From: Entomortierella parvispora E1425
Lineage: Eukaryota; Fungi; Mortierellomycota
Reading direction: 5' to 3'
Assembly: GCA_020891255.1 (NCBI GenBank)
Contig: BQFW01000011.1
Span: 1,550,001-1,614,000 of the forward strand
Length of the DNA: 64,000 nt
The translations under genes were made by a program, and so were the position numbers. The notes beneath the pieces are model-generated. The model had not been told where the DNA came from, ran no database searches, and saw nothing but the letters and a program-made list of their open reading frames with translations. This document shows positions 63,243 to 64,000 of the stretch, piece after piece (within the stretch, counting starts at the first letter, position 1; each line of letters starts with the position of its first letter).

Positions 63243-64000
63243 TTACTCTTCACCTTCAGCAAGCTCCTGAATCTTGGGAGCGGTTCCAGACCAAGTCGAA
63301 GGCTTGTACTCCTCGTCCTTGACCACCTTTGGTGGTTTGCGTGTTGTGCTGTTCACCTTGGACGCCAATGTTGGTTTTGACTTTGGTGTGGCCTTGGGAG
63401 CAGGGGCGGCAGGAGCTGCCTGAGATGACGAAGCCTCGCTTGCCTCTTCTTCTGGGTCAATGATCCTGCCTCGGGACAAAAATCCACCCATTGACTTGCG
63501 CTGTTTCTCCTCCGCCTCCTTGGACTTTTTCTTCAGCTTTTCCATCTCTGCCTTCACTCCTGGGACTAGATAGCATTTGAAGCACAAAGATATAAAGGAA
63601 CCAACGTTAGTCTTCTTTTTCTGGCAAAAGTTCGGGACTCTCCCTCTTCATTGGCTATCCACCTACCTTTGTCGCCCAGGTCGGTTAAATCAGCCTCGGC
63701 ACCGGCCAAGTTTCCTTCTAAAAGTTTTGCCTGCGCACGACGGAACTTTGCCTTCACGTTGTTAGGGTCCTGCTTCAAGGCAGTGGTGCAAACCTCGATG
63801 GCACGCTTGTAGTTGGCGTTCTTCAAATGGCAGGCACCCATGTTAGAGTAGACAATTGCCAGGTTAGTCTTGATCTCTGACTTTTGACCGTCGTTGATTG
63901 TTGTGGCTGCGGTTTCCTGTGGTCGCATAGAGGACATCATGGGCATTCCTGCCATCTGGTTATCAAGTCCACTCAAGCCCAAGACAGCCTATCGAAAAAC
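63243..64000 (-). CDS. TPR-domain protein (TTC9/FKBP-TPR-like co-chaperone); 5' end outside the window
   Basis: VYSNMGACHLKNANYKRAIEVCTTALKQDPNNVKAKFRRAQA TPR motifs, then a charged helix (EMEKLKKKSKEAEEKQRKSMGGFL). Stop TAA at 63243-45. Confidence 0.85.

Overview
Gene-dense, intron-rich (GT-AG introns, mostly 70-200 nt, CTAAC-type branch points) genomic DNA of an early-diverging fungus. Mucoromycota, probably Mortierellaceae, is my inference from gene style and gene families, not a search result. I traced 16 protein-coding genes exon by exon: DOA10/MARCH6 E3 ligase (partial), an acyl-CoA carboxylase carboxyltransferase subunit, DIC1 mitochondrial carrier, the complex I 75/78-kDa subunit, a secreted S41 peptidase, a PEBP protein, MDV1, a GT34 glycosyltransferase, ribokinase, mitochondrial uS2m/MRP4, an intronless orphan membrane protein, VPS15, cytoplasmic dynein heavy chain, GH85 ENGase, an Sds3-family protein and a TPR protein (partial). 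No tRNA, rRNA, CRISPR array or intact transposon was seen. The genes do not explain two features: a 284-bp-period tandem duplication at ~11350-11855 that folds into conserved G-U-rich hairpins inside what looks like a non-coding spliced transcript (candidate novel structured RNA), and a hierarchical repeat array at 19541-20007. Protein-level oddities are an AccD2/AtuC-type carboxyltransferase ending in a PTS1-like SRM, a dynein heavy chain lacking the C-terminal cap, and three GC-AG introns. All family assignments come from recognised motifs; no alignments were computed.
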